64,000 bases of DNA from an uncultured virus (IMG/VR IMGVR_UViG_3300032220_002272) (IMGVR_UViG_3300032220_002272), one strand, 5' to 3'; positions 29,378-39,499 are shown, counted from the stretch's first letter. Notes: generated by a model from the letters alone, not told the origin. Made by a program: numbers and translations.

Positions 29378-31041
29378 TGCGCCTCCGGATCTGCAATCGT
29401 CTTGTTGGCAGGCACGTCGTAGAGCCCCATCGCCGCCCAGCTTGGCGGCTCGAGGCCGGCCTCGCGGAACCGCGCTATGGTGTTCTTACGCGCCTGGATC
29501 ATGTCGTCGCCGTCGACGCCCTGCTCGGCACAGATCTCGTCGTAATCCATGAGCGCACTGTCCATGCCCAGGATCGCGCCTTTCACCTCGGCGACGGGAT
29601 CGATCCAACCGCGGCCGGGCCCGATCCACTTCGCGCGGGCGTAGGCCTCGCGGAACTCGGCGAAATCGGGCGCGCCCGCCGGTAGGGGCACGTCGTCAAC
29701 ATCGTGCGCCTCTTCCACATGGCAGCTGTAGACGGGCTGGCAGGTGCCGGTCGCGAAGTCGTCCCGTCGACGCGACATCGTTTTCCAAAATTCGAGCATG
29801 GCGCCGCGCGCGCTCGAATAGTTGACGTCAGACCAGTCGTTGGAAACCTGCTGCGCCGACAGGCCGCCCGCCGAGGCGACGTTGCGGAGAACTGCCTTTT
29901 CGAAGGCGACGAAGTTGGTGCTGGGGCGCTTCGTGTCGAGCTGCTCCAGCTTTTCGCCCGGAAATAGCTTCGCGAGGTTAGGCCCGGCGCCCGGGATGCG
30001 GAGCCGGGCATCGTCATGGTAGGAGGCGCGTGCTTCCTGGTAATTGCCGATGCTCTCACCGGCGGAAAACGCCTCTTCGGCAAACTCCGGATCGAATGGG
30101 CTTTCCAGCCAGGCGCCGAAGATCGCGTTCAGCAACGAGGCATCGAGTTCGGCAACGTCGTAGCGGAACAGCATCTTGAGGCGCTGCACGACTGGCCCAA
30201 GGATCCCGACGCCACCACGGTGCTGATCTGCGCGATCCGATTCGAAGTCGTGGATGATGACCGGGCGGCCCCACTCGGTTTCGCGCTCGATCCGGTCCCA
30301 CGTCAGCGATTTGCCAGCGCTGAACCAGTCCCCCTGATGCGCGCGCCGGATATGATAGGCGATGGCGACGCCGTCTTCGTCGATCTCGACACCGCCTCGA
30401 TTGGTGGCAGTGTCGAGGCCCATCTGCGGGTTCGACAGCCGATCCGGATCAATCAGCTGCATCGAAGTGGCGTAGCGCGCCCGACCATAGCCGAGCCGTT
30501 CAGGCCGCCACTGCGAATGGATGACGTCGTCACCGTCGATGAGCTTATGGCGGAAAGCCACACGGAACATCTGCGGGATCGTCAGCCGTCGCTGCGCGTC
30601 GCTCCATTTGCCGTCGCTGAGCGCCCAGGTGCGATAGCTCGCGTCGAGCGCCTTCGAATATTCATATGCCCAGGTGGCGTCGAACGCCTTGTTGCCCGTG
30701 TAATAGGCGAGTGCGCGCCAGTCCGGCTTGGCGATCGGGCGAAAGTTCGCGCCGACGGCATTGTCGAGAACGCGTGTGATCGCGCCGGATGCCCATCCAT
30801 CATTGCGAACCAGGTCACGCATGCGCGCGACGATCGTGTCGCGGTATGGGTTGAGCTCGCCGTCGGTGGACCAGAGGTAGGGGTTCCACTCCGCGGTATG
30901 GGCACCGAACCGGTCGGCCGCGTCATAGGGCACGTTGTTGCCGCCAGTCAGCGCCGCCGCCCTCGGCCGGCCAGATGAGCGCGGCGCTGCCGGAACCATC
31001 GGGTTACCGCGGGCATCCAGAATGCGAACGGCACCCGTCAT
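29374..31041 (-). CDS. Portal protein, lambda family
   Basis: RMRDLVRNDGWA, NYSSARGAMLEFW, WIDPVAE. Confidence 0.93.
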   Translation of the reverse strand: MTGAVRILDARGNPMVPAAPRSSGRPRAAALTGGNNVPYDAADRFGAHTAEWNPYLWSTDGELNPYRDTIVARMRDLVRNDGWASGAITRVLDNAVGANFRPIAKPDWRALAYYTGNKAFDATWAYEYSKALDASYRTWALSDGKWSDAQRRLTIPQMFRVAFRHKLIDGDDVIHSQWRPERLGYGRARYATSMQLIDPDRLSNPQMGLDTATNRGGVEIDEDGVAIAYHIRRAHQGDWFSAGKSLTWDRIERETEWGRPVIIHDFESDRADQHRGGVGILGPVVQRLKMLFRYDVAELDASLLNAIFGAWLESPFDPEFAEEAFSAGESIGNYQEARASYHDDARLRIPGAGPNLAKLFPGEKLEQLDTKRPSTNFVAFEKAVLRNVASAGGLSAQQVSNDWSDVNYSSARGAMLEFWKTMSRRRDDFATGTCQPVYSCHVEEAHDVDDVPLPAGAPDFAEFREAYARAKWIGPGRGWIDPVAEVKGAILGMDSALMDYDEICAEQGVDGDDMIQARKNTIARFREAGLEPPSWAAMGLYDVPANKTIADPEAQ

Positions 31042-31286
31042 CGAAGCACGAACCCCGTCATGCGGCGCGACCCGCCAGGCATGTTGAGCGCACGCTTCAG
31101 CTGCATGATGAGAGCGGTGCATTCCGCCACGGTGGTGACGCGCTTCGTCAGCGACTTGGCGCCGTCGCCTTGCGTGTAGGAGACGGACGCGATCGAATTG
31201 CCCGACATCAGCTGTATCAGAGCCGCTTGCGCAGACGCCAGGGCGGCGCGCAGCTGCGGTTCGGGCAGGCCGTCGAATAGGCTCAT
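31038..31286 (-). CDS. Head-tail adaptor (gpW-like)
   Basis: 82 aa between TerL and portal; AQAALIQLMSG..SVSY. Confidence 0.78.
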   Translation of the reverse strand: MSLFDGLPEPQLRAALASAQAALIQLMSGNSIASVSYTQGDGAKSLTKRVTTVAECTALIMQLKRALNMPGGSRRMTGFVLR

Positions 31287-33505
31287 GGCCGTCCTCCTCT
31301 TGCCAGCCGGGCGCCCAGCGACAGTTTTTTGGCCGGTGCGGCGCTAGTGACTGACACAACCGGAGCAGCAGCGGTTGTCGCCGGTGGCGCTGGCGATGAG
31401 CTCGGCATCGCCGGTGTCGGCGGCGCTTCAGCGTCGGGGAGGTGGTCGCTTTCGTCGCGATCCCCATCGTCAGGATCGCCGACCACCTCGGTATGCGGCG
31501 TCACCTCCGCGCCGACCTTGTCCGCCTCACGGTTCAGCTTCAGGCCAGTGTGCATTAGGCCGCGAAGCGCGGCGAGCGCATAGACGCGGCAGTCGAGGCG
31601 TTCGTTCGCCCGTCCGGCGATCGGGACCCAACGGCGGATTTTCTGTGAACCTTCGCCTTTAATTTCGATCTGCTCGGACGTGAGCTGTTCGAAGGCGGGG
31701 AGGTCCCAATCCCCGTTGAAGTGCATGTACCCAGGCCCAGGAGTGGGCTTGGGCAGATAGCTCTGAAGAATGGTGTCCTTACCGGCGTTCACGCCGAGAA
31801 TAATCGGCCGAAACGTCTTTTTTGATCGCGAGGACGGCCGTTTGGTCGGCCACAGCGGATTACGAAAACCCGTCCGCGCACTCTCGCCTTTGATCGCCCA
31901 CCACTTACGTCGCAGGTTTTCCTTCGAAAATGCGTAGACAGCGTCCGTATGGTGGCCGCCGCTGTCCTGGCACGCTGCGGCGATCGTGAAAGGTCGCTCG
32001 TCGGCTCGATACCACGTCCGCGATAGGAACCGTTCCAGCTGGGCGCGAACATCGGGATCGCTCATCTCGCCGTCGATGACGTGATGTTCGATTGACCAGC
32101 TTTCCTCGTCGCGCCCCCATCCGACGACTTCGATCTCGATGCGGTAATCTTGCGTATCGATGCCGGCCGTCAGCATCGCGACGCCGTTGGGTACGAACCC
32201 TTCAGGCCAATTCTCGCGGCGGGCGAGCAGCGCATGCCCATCGACCTGCTTGGCCATGTGCTTGCGATAGGTCAGCGCCAACTGCGTATTATAGAAGGTG
32301 AGCTTGCCGTCCTCGTCCGTGATGGCGAGGAACTTCTCGGCCATCCGCGGCGGGGAATCGTTTTGCCACGGGCTATAGAGCTTGCCCGCCTGGAAACCGG
32401 CATGGATGTTCGGCACGGCCCAGGTGCCGCATTCGCTGCACTTTGCCCTATAAACGGCGTGCCGAGGGCCTTCCCACCAGTCCCAGATGCGATCAACCGC
32501 CGCCGACCCGGTCTCGCTATGCCACTCAGCCTCGTAGCGATCGAGCGGCTTTTGGAAGACGCCGCAGCATTCGAACGGACGCGTCTGATGCCAGCGGATC
32601 GTGCCGAGCGAGCGCAGGCGCTGACCTTCGGTCCAGCTTTCCTTGCAGCTTTCGCAGTAAACCTGCGCCGTTTCCGGGCGGTGCGTCTTGCCGTCTTTTC
32701 CCTTTTCCCAATGAACGTGACGGAAGAAGTCGAGAAACTGGCGATGACCGCAATGAGGGCAGGCGACCGACGCGCGACGCTGGTCGGACTGGTTGAAGCG
32801 AACCTCGATCTTGCTCTCGCCCGTGACCGTTGGCGAGCAGACCGCAACGTCGAGCGAGTTCGATTCGAACGTGGCGAGACGCTCGGCGCCGATGAGGAGC
32901 GGGTCGCCCTCCTTCAGGGGCGCGTACTTATCGACCTCGTCGAAGAGGATGATCCGGATCGGCCGGCGGGCGAGGTTGTCGGGGCTGCCGGCGCCGACGA
33001 TTCCGAGGAAACCGCCGGGGAAGGCCTTGTAATCAAGCGTGTCGCCCGCGTCGCGCGTCTTGGAGGCGCCGACCAGGCCCCTTAGGACCGGCGTCGCTTT
33101 GATGAAGGGCGCCACGCGCTCCTTCGAAAACTGGAGGGCCGCCGTGTCCTTCGGCTGGACGATCAGCATCGGACAGGGGTCGAGGTGGGCGTGATACCCC
33201 GTGATGTTCTCGATCAGCGTCGTCTTGAGCAGCTGCGTCGCGACCATCGCCGAGATCTTGCGGCAGCCTGGCTCCGTCGCTGCCAGCATCGGCCCGCGGG
33301 CGATTTCCACGCGCCCGGTACGGTATTTGCCCGAGGTGCTCCCCGCCTCCTTGGCGAGGACGCGATATCGATCTGCCCATTCAGGTAGGCTGATACGCGG
33401 CGGCGGCGTCCAACCTCGTCGACTAGCTCGGCGGAGACGATCAGCTTTCGACGGCGGTGAAGTCGAGATCCGGCTCGCCGAGCTCATCAAGCTGCTGGTG
33501 GACAT
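31283..33505 (-). CDS. terL: Terminase large subunit (lambda gpA family)
   Basis: TQLLKT Walker A variant, ILFDEVD Walker B, CPHC, GIDTQ, DSGGH, NERLDCRVYA; exact start uncertain. Confidence 0.93.
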   Translation of the reverse strand: MSTSSLMSSASRISTSPPSKADRLRRASRRGWTPPPRISLPEWADRYRVLAKEAGSTSGKYRTGRVEIARGPMLAATEPGCRKISAMVATQLLKTTLIENITGYHAHLDPCPMLIVQPKDTAALQFSKERVAPFIKATPVLRGLVGASKTRDAGDTLDYKAFPGGFLGIVGAGSPDNLARRPIRIILFDEVDKYAPLKEGDPLLIGAERLATFESNSLDVAVCSPTVTGESKIEVRFNQSDQRRASVACPHCGHRQFLDFFRHVHWEKGKDGKTHRPETAQVYCESCKESWTEGQRLRSLGTIRWHQTRPFECCGVFQKPLDRYEAEWHSETGSAAVDRIWDWWEGPRHAVYRAKCSECGTWAVPNIHAGFQAGKLYSPWQNDSPPRMAEKFLAITDEDGKLTFYNTQLALTYRKHMAKQVDGHALLARRENWPEGFVPNGVAMLTAGIDTQDYRIEIEVVGWGRDEESWSIEHHVIDGEMSDPDVRAQLERFLSRTWYRADERPFTIAAACQDSGGHHTDAVYAFSKENLRRKWWAIKGESARTGFRNPLWPTKRPSSRSKKTFRPIILGVNAGKDTILQSYLPKPTPGPGYMHFNGDWDLPAFEQLTSEQIEIKGEGSQKIRRWVPIAGRANERLDCRVYALAALRGLMHTGLKLNREADKVGAEVTPHTEVVGDPDDGDRDESDHLPDAEAPPTPAMPSSSPAPPATTAAAPVVSVTSAAPAKKLSLGARLARGGRP

Positions 33506-34109
33506 ACGGCTTCAGCGCCTCCGCCAGCGCGGCGCCATCGATATCGAGATCGGCGGCGAGCAGGGGCGCGAACCGCGAAGGGAACGCCATCCACGCGTCG
33601 CGCGCGGCGCGCCGGTCATCGAAAATCACCGCCTCGGCAACCTCGATCTCAACGAGCTTGCTGGCCTCCTTCTGCGCGGCGAGCAGGTGCTTCAGCGCGA
33701 GAGCATTCTCTTTGATCGCGACCGCTTCGACCTTGGATCGAAACTGCCCTGCGAGCAGCTCTTCGATGAAGCCGGTAGCGATCGCCTCGTCGATCTCGTC
33801 GTCTTCCGCGGCCGCTTTGAAGTCGGCAACAACCTCGTCAATGACCGCAACAACCTCAGGCGCAACAGGAGACTTGTTGCGTTTCTTGTTGCGCCCGCTG
33901 TTGCGGGGGCTTGTTGCGGGTGCGGGAGTAGCCGTCGCGGCCGCCGATTTGAACCGTCCCAGCCCAGCTTTGCGCAGCGCTTCGTCGGAGGCGCGCACGT
34001 CGACCAGCTTGCCGGAAAGCGTGATAAAACCGCGCCTTACCCAGTTCTGCACTGCCTGCCGCTTCATGCCGTGCGTTTCCGCATAGGCCGTTATCGACAG
34101 CAGCGTCAT
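33441..34109 (-). CDS. terS: Terminase small subunit (Nu1-like)
   Basis: N-terminal HTH MTLLSITAYAETHGMKRQAV; C-terminal RDAWMAFPSR..AADL; directly upstream of terL. Confidence 0.82.
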   Translation of the reverse strand: MTLLSITAYAETHGMKRQAVQNWVRRGFITLSGKLVDVRASDEALRKAGLGRFKSAAATATPAPATSPRNSGRNKKRNKSPVAPEVVAVIDEVVADFKAAAEDDEIDEAIATGFIEELLAGQFRSKVEAVAIKENALALKHLLAAQKEASKLVEIEVAEAVIFDDRRAARDAWMAFPSRFAPLLAADLDIDGAALAEALKPYVHQQLDELGEPDLDFTAVES

Positions 34110-34120
34110 CGGCGCCCCCT

Positions 34121-34225
34121 CCCCCGCAACAAGCGACCCCCCGCAACAAACTTTTCGACCCCGTAGCTGGGCGAGCATCGGGGTGCGCAATTACCCCCGA
34201 TGCAGAAGGGGGCAGGAGGGACCCA
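34121..34225 (-). other. Helper cos region
   Basis: Minus strand GGGTCCC (lambda cosQ is GGGTCCT), then partially symmetric CGGGGGTAATTGCGCACCCCG, then GTTGCGGGG repeats, upstream of terS. Confidence 0.7.
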
Positions 34226-34236
34226 TTCGCGCTGGG

Positions 34237-34646
34237 CTAGCGACGCGCGGTGGCGAGGGCGCGGCGCAGCGCGGCGTCGAAGGCGGCGGCGGCATTCCGC
34301 TGGATGTACCGGCGGGCGGCCTGCTCGAACGGCAGTCGCTTGCGCACTGGCGTCGTATCCTCGAACTGGATCAGGAGCTTCAGGCCTTGGCGAGGCTGGG
34401 CTCCGCTTGCCCGTCGCCCCTTCGCGGCCTTGGCCTTCGCTGGGCGCTGCCAAACGCCATTGATGACGCGGCCGGACTTCGTCTTGATTGGACCGATGTA
34501 GACGTTCGGCTTCGCGCGCAGTGAGGCGAGCTTGCTCTTCGGCAGGTTGCCGTACTGGTTGAGGCCGACGGCACGCGGAGCGAGCATGCCGCGCTTGGTG
34601 CCGAGCGAACGATCTCCGCCGAAGACGTAAGGGGCCAGATATTCGG
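34237..34646 (-). pseudogene. 3' part of interrupted helper gene (phage protein upstream of terS)
   Basis: Reads EYLAPYVFGGDRSLGTKRGMLAPR...; joins in frame with 54187-54446 through the TATTCGG repeat to give 220 aa. Confidence 0.88.
34640..34646. repeat. Satellite left att core TATTCGG
   Basis: Identical 7-mer at 54187-54193; 20 bp from the integrase stop. Confidence 0.85.
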
Positions 34647-34665
34647 TTTGGTTTTTATCGTTTAG

Positions 34666-35907
34666 TTACAGTGCGCTTAGGCCCCGTGCGTCACTAATGC
34701 GCAATGGCTTTGCGAAAACCGATGGCGCGACGGGTTCAATTTCGGCGCCGGTGAGGCGATGCGCCAGGGCGTCCACCGCCTCCAGCGACTGCGCCCGCTT
34801 CTCGATGCTGTGGGCGTAAACCTGCATGGTGATGTTCACGTTGGCGTGTCCCAGCTGCGCCGCAACGTCGGGCAGAGGCCATCCGTTTTCAATCATCCAG
34901 CTCGCAGCGAAATGTCGCAGGGCGTGGAAGCGGAAGGACTGCCCGTCCTTCAATCCCGCCCGTTCGAGCAGCGCCGACCAGCTCTTCGTCCACCAAGCAC
35001 CATATCCGATCGGGAGGTTGTGGCACGTCTGGAACACCAGGCTGTCCGGTCCTTCCGGCGGGAAGTCGGCAACATAGGCGCGAAGCAGCGCCAGCATGGA
35101 GGTAGGCAGCCGGATATCGCGCCGGCCCGCCTTCGTTTTCGGATCGACCAGCTTCGTGCGATCGACGCGGCTCAGCGACGTGCGCACGCGGAGAATGCCT
35201 GCGTCGAGGTCGAGGTTCTTCGATTGCAGCCCGGCAATCTCGCCCCATCGCATGCCCAGGAATGCCGCCAGCGACACGAAACATTGCAGCGTGGCCGTGG
35301 GGCGGCGTTTGGCCTTGTGGTAGCGCTGCCCGGCCGCGGCGAGCAGCGCCCGCACGTCGTCCAAACGAAATTGCCGGATGGGTTCCGTTCGAGCGATTCT
35401 CACGATCGGGGAAATCGATGCGGTAGGATTGATCCGCGCCCATTTATACCGGATCGCGAAATCCATAATCATCTTGAGCAGACTGATGCAATTGGTGACG
35501 GTTTTCGGGGCATAGCCGTCAAGGCGCAGCTGGCCGATCCATGTTTCAATCTGATGGACCTCCAGTTCGGTGACGATGATGTTCCCGATGCGCGGGCGCA
35601 GCAGGCTATCGATACGCTGCGAATATTGGGCGACGGACGATGCCCGCATCGCGCCGCGCTTCGCGGCCTGATCGATGTGCCGAACATATTCCGTGGCAAC
35701 GAAGTCGATCGTCTTCGCCTGCGATGCTGGGATATGCTCGCGATGCAGCAACTCGGTTTCTACCTTGTTCCGGTAGATGTCCGCTTCCTTTTTGCGTTGG
35801 AACGTCTTCTGACGGTAAGCCCCGCCCTGGTCCTTGTAGCGGACCGCCCACGCCTCTTTTTTCGTGCCGTCCGGTGCGGTCCACGATCGCTTCGATACGC
35901 TGGCCAT
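34666..35907 (-). CDS. int: Tyrosine integrase
   Basis: Arm-binding N-terminus; GMRWGE, PKTKAG, FHALRH, LGHAN, VYAH. Confidence 0.94.
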   Translation of the reverse strand: MASVSKRSWTAPDGTKKEAWAVRYKDQGGAYRQKTFQRKKEADIYRNKVETELLHREHIPASQAKTIDFVATEYVRHIDQAAKRGAMRASSVAQYSQRIDSLLRPRIGNIIVTELEVHQIETWIGQLRLDGYAPKTVTNCISLLKMIMDFAIRYKWARINPTASISPIVRIARTEPIRQFRLDDVRALLAAAGQRYHKAKRRPTATLQCFVSLAAFLGMRWGEIAGLQSKNLDLDAGILRVRTSLSRVDRTKLVDPKTKAGRRDIRLPTSMLALLRAYVADFPPEGPDSLVFQTCHNLPIGYGAWWTKSWSALLERAGLKDGQSFRFHALRHFAASWMIENGWPLPDVAAQLGHANVNITMQVYAHSIEKRAQSLEAVDALAHRLTGAEIEPVAPSVFAKPLRISDARGLSAL

Positions 35908-36752
35908 TACCGGCCTCCCTTCATGCTGTTCCAGTGGTCGAGCGCCGCCGTGCTGGCGACGGTGCAACCGTCATCCTGATAGGTGGGCAACCGACGTTCG
36001 GCGTCGAGACGCGTCACGTCCGCCGCCGGTATGCCCAAGTGCGCGGCAATGGCCCGATGCCCGTAGAGCAGCGCAGGTGACGCCGCCGCCGACGCTGGCG
36101 AAGGCGCCGCCCTTGATGAGCCCCCACCCGCATCGGATGCTTGCGATCCAGCGCGCTTTGTCGGGTCGCGGGGACCATACCGCCTGCTACCCTTTGGTAC
36201 TTCAGCAGCATTCGCAGACAACGCACCATCAAGCTCGATGCGTCGCGCGCAAATGCGGCTTCCCAGGCGGAAGGTTGGAAGGTTGCCCTTATCATGGAGG
36301 TGCGACGCGACCCGCTTCGGCAAGCCGAGGTATTCCGCGATGGCATCCATCCCGTACAGAATGCCGTTGGCCTCCCGTTGCGCCTGATCCGCCTCTCGTT
36401 GGGCCTCCAAGGAAGCCGCCTTACGTGCCCGGTACATCTCAACCTGCGAAGCGCGGTCAGCGATGCGTGCCGCAATGACGGACGGATCGGTTATCGGCGC
36501 CCTCCCCCTCTGCTGTGACTGCTCCACAGCAACAGTTTCCGCCGTTGCTCGCCCGCCCTTCGGTATTTTAAGACGCGCTTTGCGGTCCTCGGCGTAGCGG
36601 TCGAGGGCTGAGGGCCGTGCGTACACGGTATTTCCGGTCCCTTGGCGGAAGGTGGGCAGCCAGCCCTTGTCGGCTTCGGATTTCGCGAGAGACACGGTTA
36701 TTCCAAGATGCGCGGCGATCGCCTTGTAGCCGTGGATCAGGTCGGGCTTCAT
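35907..36752 (-). CDS. DNA-binding protein with three tandem Xis/AlpA-like domains
   Basis: Three copies of L(I/L)(H/Y)GxxAIAx(H/Y)LG...LPT(F/Y). Confidence 0.72.
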   Translation of the reverse strand: MKPDLIHGYKAIAAHLGITVSLAKSEADKGWLPTFRQGTGNTVYARPSALDRYAEDRKARLKIPKGGRATAETVAVEQSQQRGRAPITDPSVIAARIADRASQVEMYRARKAASLEAQREADQAQREANGILYGMDAIAEYLGLPKRVASHLHDKGNLPTFRLGSRICARRIELDGALSANAAEVPKGSRRYGPRDPTKRAGSQASDAGGGSSRAAPSPASAAASPALLYGHRAIAAHLGIPAADVTRLDAERRLPTYQDDGCTVASTAALDHWNSMKGGR

Positions 36753-37540
36753 GCCACCCTCCGTTCGTTCGTCAGCAACTCGGCGAGCTTCGTCAGCCCC
36801 TTCGCCGTCACCATGACCTGAAACGTCGAGCGCTCCGGCTGGCCGGGCGGCTGGTATCTGACCAGCCTGTGTTCCAGGTATCCCGCGTCGACCTTCGCCT
36901 GATAGGCAAGGATCCGTTCGCCGTCCGGCCGGCGGTAGGTCCACCCGTGCGTGCGCAGCCATTCGCCCAGCGCGCGTGGGCCGATCTGCAACGTCTTCGC
37001 CGCCGCCGTGATGTTCATGCTGCCTTCGGTGCCGGCGATCCGGTCGAGCGCTTCCGCCTTGGGCGCCAGCGTCGCGTTCTCGCCAGCAAGGGCGGTGTTT
37101 CGGTCCTCAAGCTCCAGGACCCGCTCCGAATAGCCGAGCAGCAGCCCGCGCAGCGCGGCGGGGTCATTAAGCGCCGCCGCCGTCGTCGCAGTGCCGTAAG
37201 CGCCGGACTTGCGCAGGGCGGGGATGACGTCGCCGGTGATCCACTTGCGGAACCGGTATGGCGCGGTGCCCGGCGTCATCGCATCGCGGCATCGGAGCGC
37301 CAACGTATAGACGCCTGCCTCCGACAGCGCGGTCGTTTCCTGCGCGCCGCCGGGGGTGTCGGAGATTACGACACCCTTCTCGTCAGGATCGAGCTTGGCC
37401 ACCGCGTCCCGTGCGTTCGCCAGCCCCAGGGCACGGCAAACGTCGTTGGCGATGAACCACGCCTGCCCGTCTCGCTCGATCGCGCGAACGGGGGTCGTGT
37501 CGAATTGAAATGGTGTGATCGCGTTCATGGGTATCTCCAT
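36749..37540 (-). CDS. Bro-N/KilAC antirepressor
   Basis: WFIANDVCRALG, FRKWITGDVIPALRKSGAY, APKAEALDR, VTAKGL. Confidence 0.88.
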   Translation of the reverse strand: MEIPMNAITPFQFDTTPVRAIERDGQAWFIANDVCRALGLANARDAVAKLDPDEKGVVISDTPGGAQETTALSEAGVYTLALRCRDAMTPGTAPYRFRKWITGDVIPALRKSGAYGTATTAAALNDPAALRGLLLGYSERVLELEDRNTALAGENATLAPKAEALDRIAGTEGSMNITAAAKTLQIGPRALGEWLRTHGWTYRRPDGERILAYQAKVDAGYLEHRLVRYQPPGQPERSTFQVMVTAKGLTKLAELLTNERRVA

Positions 37541-37585
37541 GAGAATGGCCCCGCCGCGCCGCCGATCGGCTGGCGGGGCGAGTTT

Positions 37586-37795
37586 TCATTCGCTCCAGGT
37601 GAGCTGCAGGCGCAGTGCGATGTGGCGCAGCGGGTGTTCGAACATGTCCCCGTACATCTGCCGCGCGGCATCCTGCTCGGCCTCAGATCGGCCTTTGACT
37701 TGCCATCCGATGCCGTACCCACGGCCATGTCGCCAGACCACGCCGCCGGTTGCGCGGAATGCGCGGAGCCAGCGCTTTGCGCTCCACCCGCTCAC
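37586..37795 (-). CDS. Small hypothetical protein
   Basis: ATGA-coupled in the satellite operon. Confidence 0.4.
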   Translation of the reverse strand: MSGWSAKRWLRAFRATGGVVWRHGRGYGIGWQVKGRSEAEQDAARQMYGDMFEHPLRHIALRLQLTWSE

Positions 37796-37998
37796 TGCGA
37801 CACCTTGAAGGCAAGCGCCATCAGCGTCTGCGCGCCCCTTGTCGCACCCGCCAGAATGGTATGAGTGGCCGGTTCCGCGCGCCCATCCTCCAGATTGAGC
37901 GCCACAAGGGAGAGGACCGCGTATGCTTCCTCAATGTAGTCGCAGGCTTCCATGCTCAGGGGGGATGCCCCCAAGAGCTTCATTCGAGGATCGATCAT
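37792..37998 (-). CDS. Small hypothetical protein
   Basis: GGAGG RBS before MIDPRMKLL. Confidence 0.4.
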   Translation of the reverse strand: MIDPRMKLLGASPLSMEACDYIEEAYAVLSLVALNLEDGRAEPATHTILAGATRGAQTLMALAFKVSQ

Positions 37999-38047
37999 CA
38001 CGGCCGAGCCTCCCTCAGCAATAGACCGCTGGTCGTTTGGCGCGCCG

Positions 38048-38494
38048 TCATCGCGCCGCCGGCTGCACCGCAGCCGCCTCCCGTCCGAACGGCGCGCGCG
38101 GAGTCCGCCCGTTGATCTGGAACGGCCAATAGGCATCCCGAACCGGGACGCATCGCCGCGCCCGGATGCGATCCCGATAGCGGACGCGAATCATGCGATC
38201 GTCGGCGTCTTCCTCGCGATCGTCGTCAGCATAGGCGAGCAGAGCGCTACCTTGCCCGATCTGCTCCACGAGGGTTACCCCCTCCCGGTCGTTGTCGCGG
38301 TCGTCCTCACCGCGATCGTCAACACAGGTATCGTCGTCCACGTCCTCGCTGTCGGCGTCCCCGTCGGCGAGGTCGAGCAGCGCAATAAGCCCCTCGATAC
38401 TCGCTTCCACCGCAGCGCGCGGCATCGTGGCCGCGGCGAGGATCAGCGCGCGCACGTCAATGGGCGCGGGGGTGAAGGTCTGTCGCTCAAGCAT
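38048..38494 (-). CDS. Acidic hypothetical protein
   Basis: IEGLIALLDLADGDAD.ED motif, coupled operon. Confidence 0.5.
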   Translation of the reverse strand: MLERQTFTPAPIDVRALILAAATMPRAAVEASIEGLIALLDLADGDADSEDVDDDTCVDDRGEDDRDNDREGVTLVEQIGQGSALLAYADDDREEDADDRMIRVRYRDRIRARRCVPVRDAYWPFQINGRTPRAPFGREAAAVQPAAR

Positions 38495-38837
38495 GGCCCA
38501 CCGCCTTTCCGGCGCGGGCGAGGGCATCGGCGCCGCCGTCCGGCCCGACAGCGCCCATCATTCCGTCGAGGTCCGAGAGGATGGCGATCAGGCATGCGTC
38601 GCCGCCCCGCCCCTCCATGAGCATCGTGCGGACTTTCGCGGCAATGTCGCTCGGCGCCATGGCGCGGGTAGCGATAACCCGATCAACCGCCCCGCCCCAC
38701 GTTTCGAGCAGGGCGTCGCTATGCCCGCCGTCTGCGAGGGCTGCCTCCCGCGCGGTACGATAGCGGACCATGGCGGCGGCAAAGTCGTCGCCGCGGTCGA
38801 AGTGCTGCGCTGCGCTCCAGCTCGGCCCGTTACCCAT
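38487..38837 (-). CDS. Hypothetical protein
   Basis: GGAGG RBS; coupled operon. Confidence 0.45.
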   Translation of the reverse strand: MGNGPSWSAAQHFDRGDDFAAAMVRYRTAREAALADGGHSDALLETWGGAVDRVIATRAMAPSDIAAKVRTMLMEGRGGDACLIAILSDLDGMMGAVGPDGGADALARAGKAVGHA

Positions 38838-39078
38838 GGCTGGCCTCCCCACCGATCGCGTTGCGGATGCGCTCGACGGTGGCCGCCGCCGGCATGGCGC
38901 CGCCGCGCAGCTGCGCGATGAGGCGGGTGCTGCCCGTCACGCTGCGCGCGAAGCTGCTGGGAGTGATGCCCTGTTCGTCTAGATGGTCTTCCACCGCGCG
39001 CAGCAGGCGGGCGGCAGGCGTCATCGCCGGACGGGGTTTGATTCCGCGCGACGGAGGATTGCTCCGAAAATGGTGCAT
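38830..39078 (-). CDS. Small HTH protein
   Basis: GITPSSFARSVTGSTRLIAQLRGG; first gene after the C4-like target site. Confidence 0.55.
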   Translation of the reverse strand: MHHFRSNPPSRGIKPRPAMTPAARLLRAVEDHLDEQGITPSSFARSVTGSTRLIAQLRGGAMPAAATVERIRNAIGGEASHG

Positions 39079-39085
39079 GTTTCAC

Positions 39086-39336
39086 TCACTGGTTTCGGCC
39101 TCTCACAGCCGTTTTTCCGTCAACGGGACGGAGCCGGGGGGTGAGAGCCTGCCAGTGAGACAGGTCGGCGGCTTTTAAGCACGAATGCTCTGGACATGGC
39201 GCACCGGCCCCGGCCATAAGGTCCGAGTTAGGTGCACGCCGCCAAGCGCGCCCTTCATTGCGATCCCGCCAAGGGTCGCATCGGCGTTCTTCCCGCGCCA
39301 ACGGGTTGACTGCCTATCACTGGTCCGGGCTCTCAC
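39086..39336 (-). ncRNA. C4/CI-like antisense RNA region with two target sites
   Basis: TCACTGG..CTCTCAC at 39086-39106 and 39317-39336; reverse complement GTGAGAG..CCAGTGA at 39141-39158 within hairpins. Confidence 0.65.
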
Positions 39337-39499
39337 ACCCACGGTCCTAAATGCTTGATCCACATTCGTAGCGCAAGTCCTCCCTCGCCAAAGGGAGGAT
39401 GACGCGCGTCCGCACTTCCGAACATTCGGAAGCCCCGCCCTGGACAATGCCGCCGCCGGCGCGAACCCTTCGGCCGTTTCGCGACCCGCCTGCCATCTC

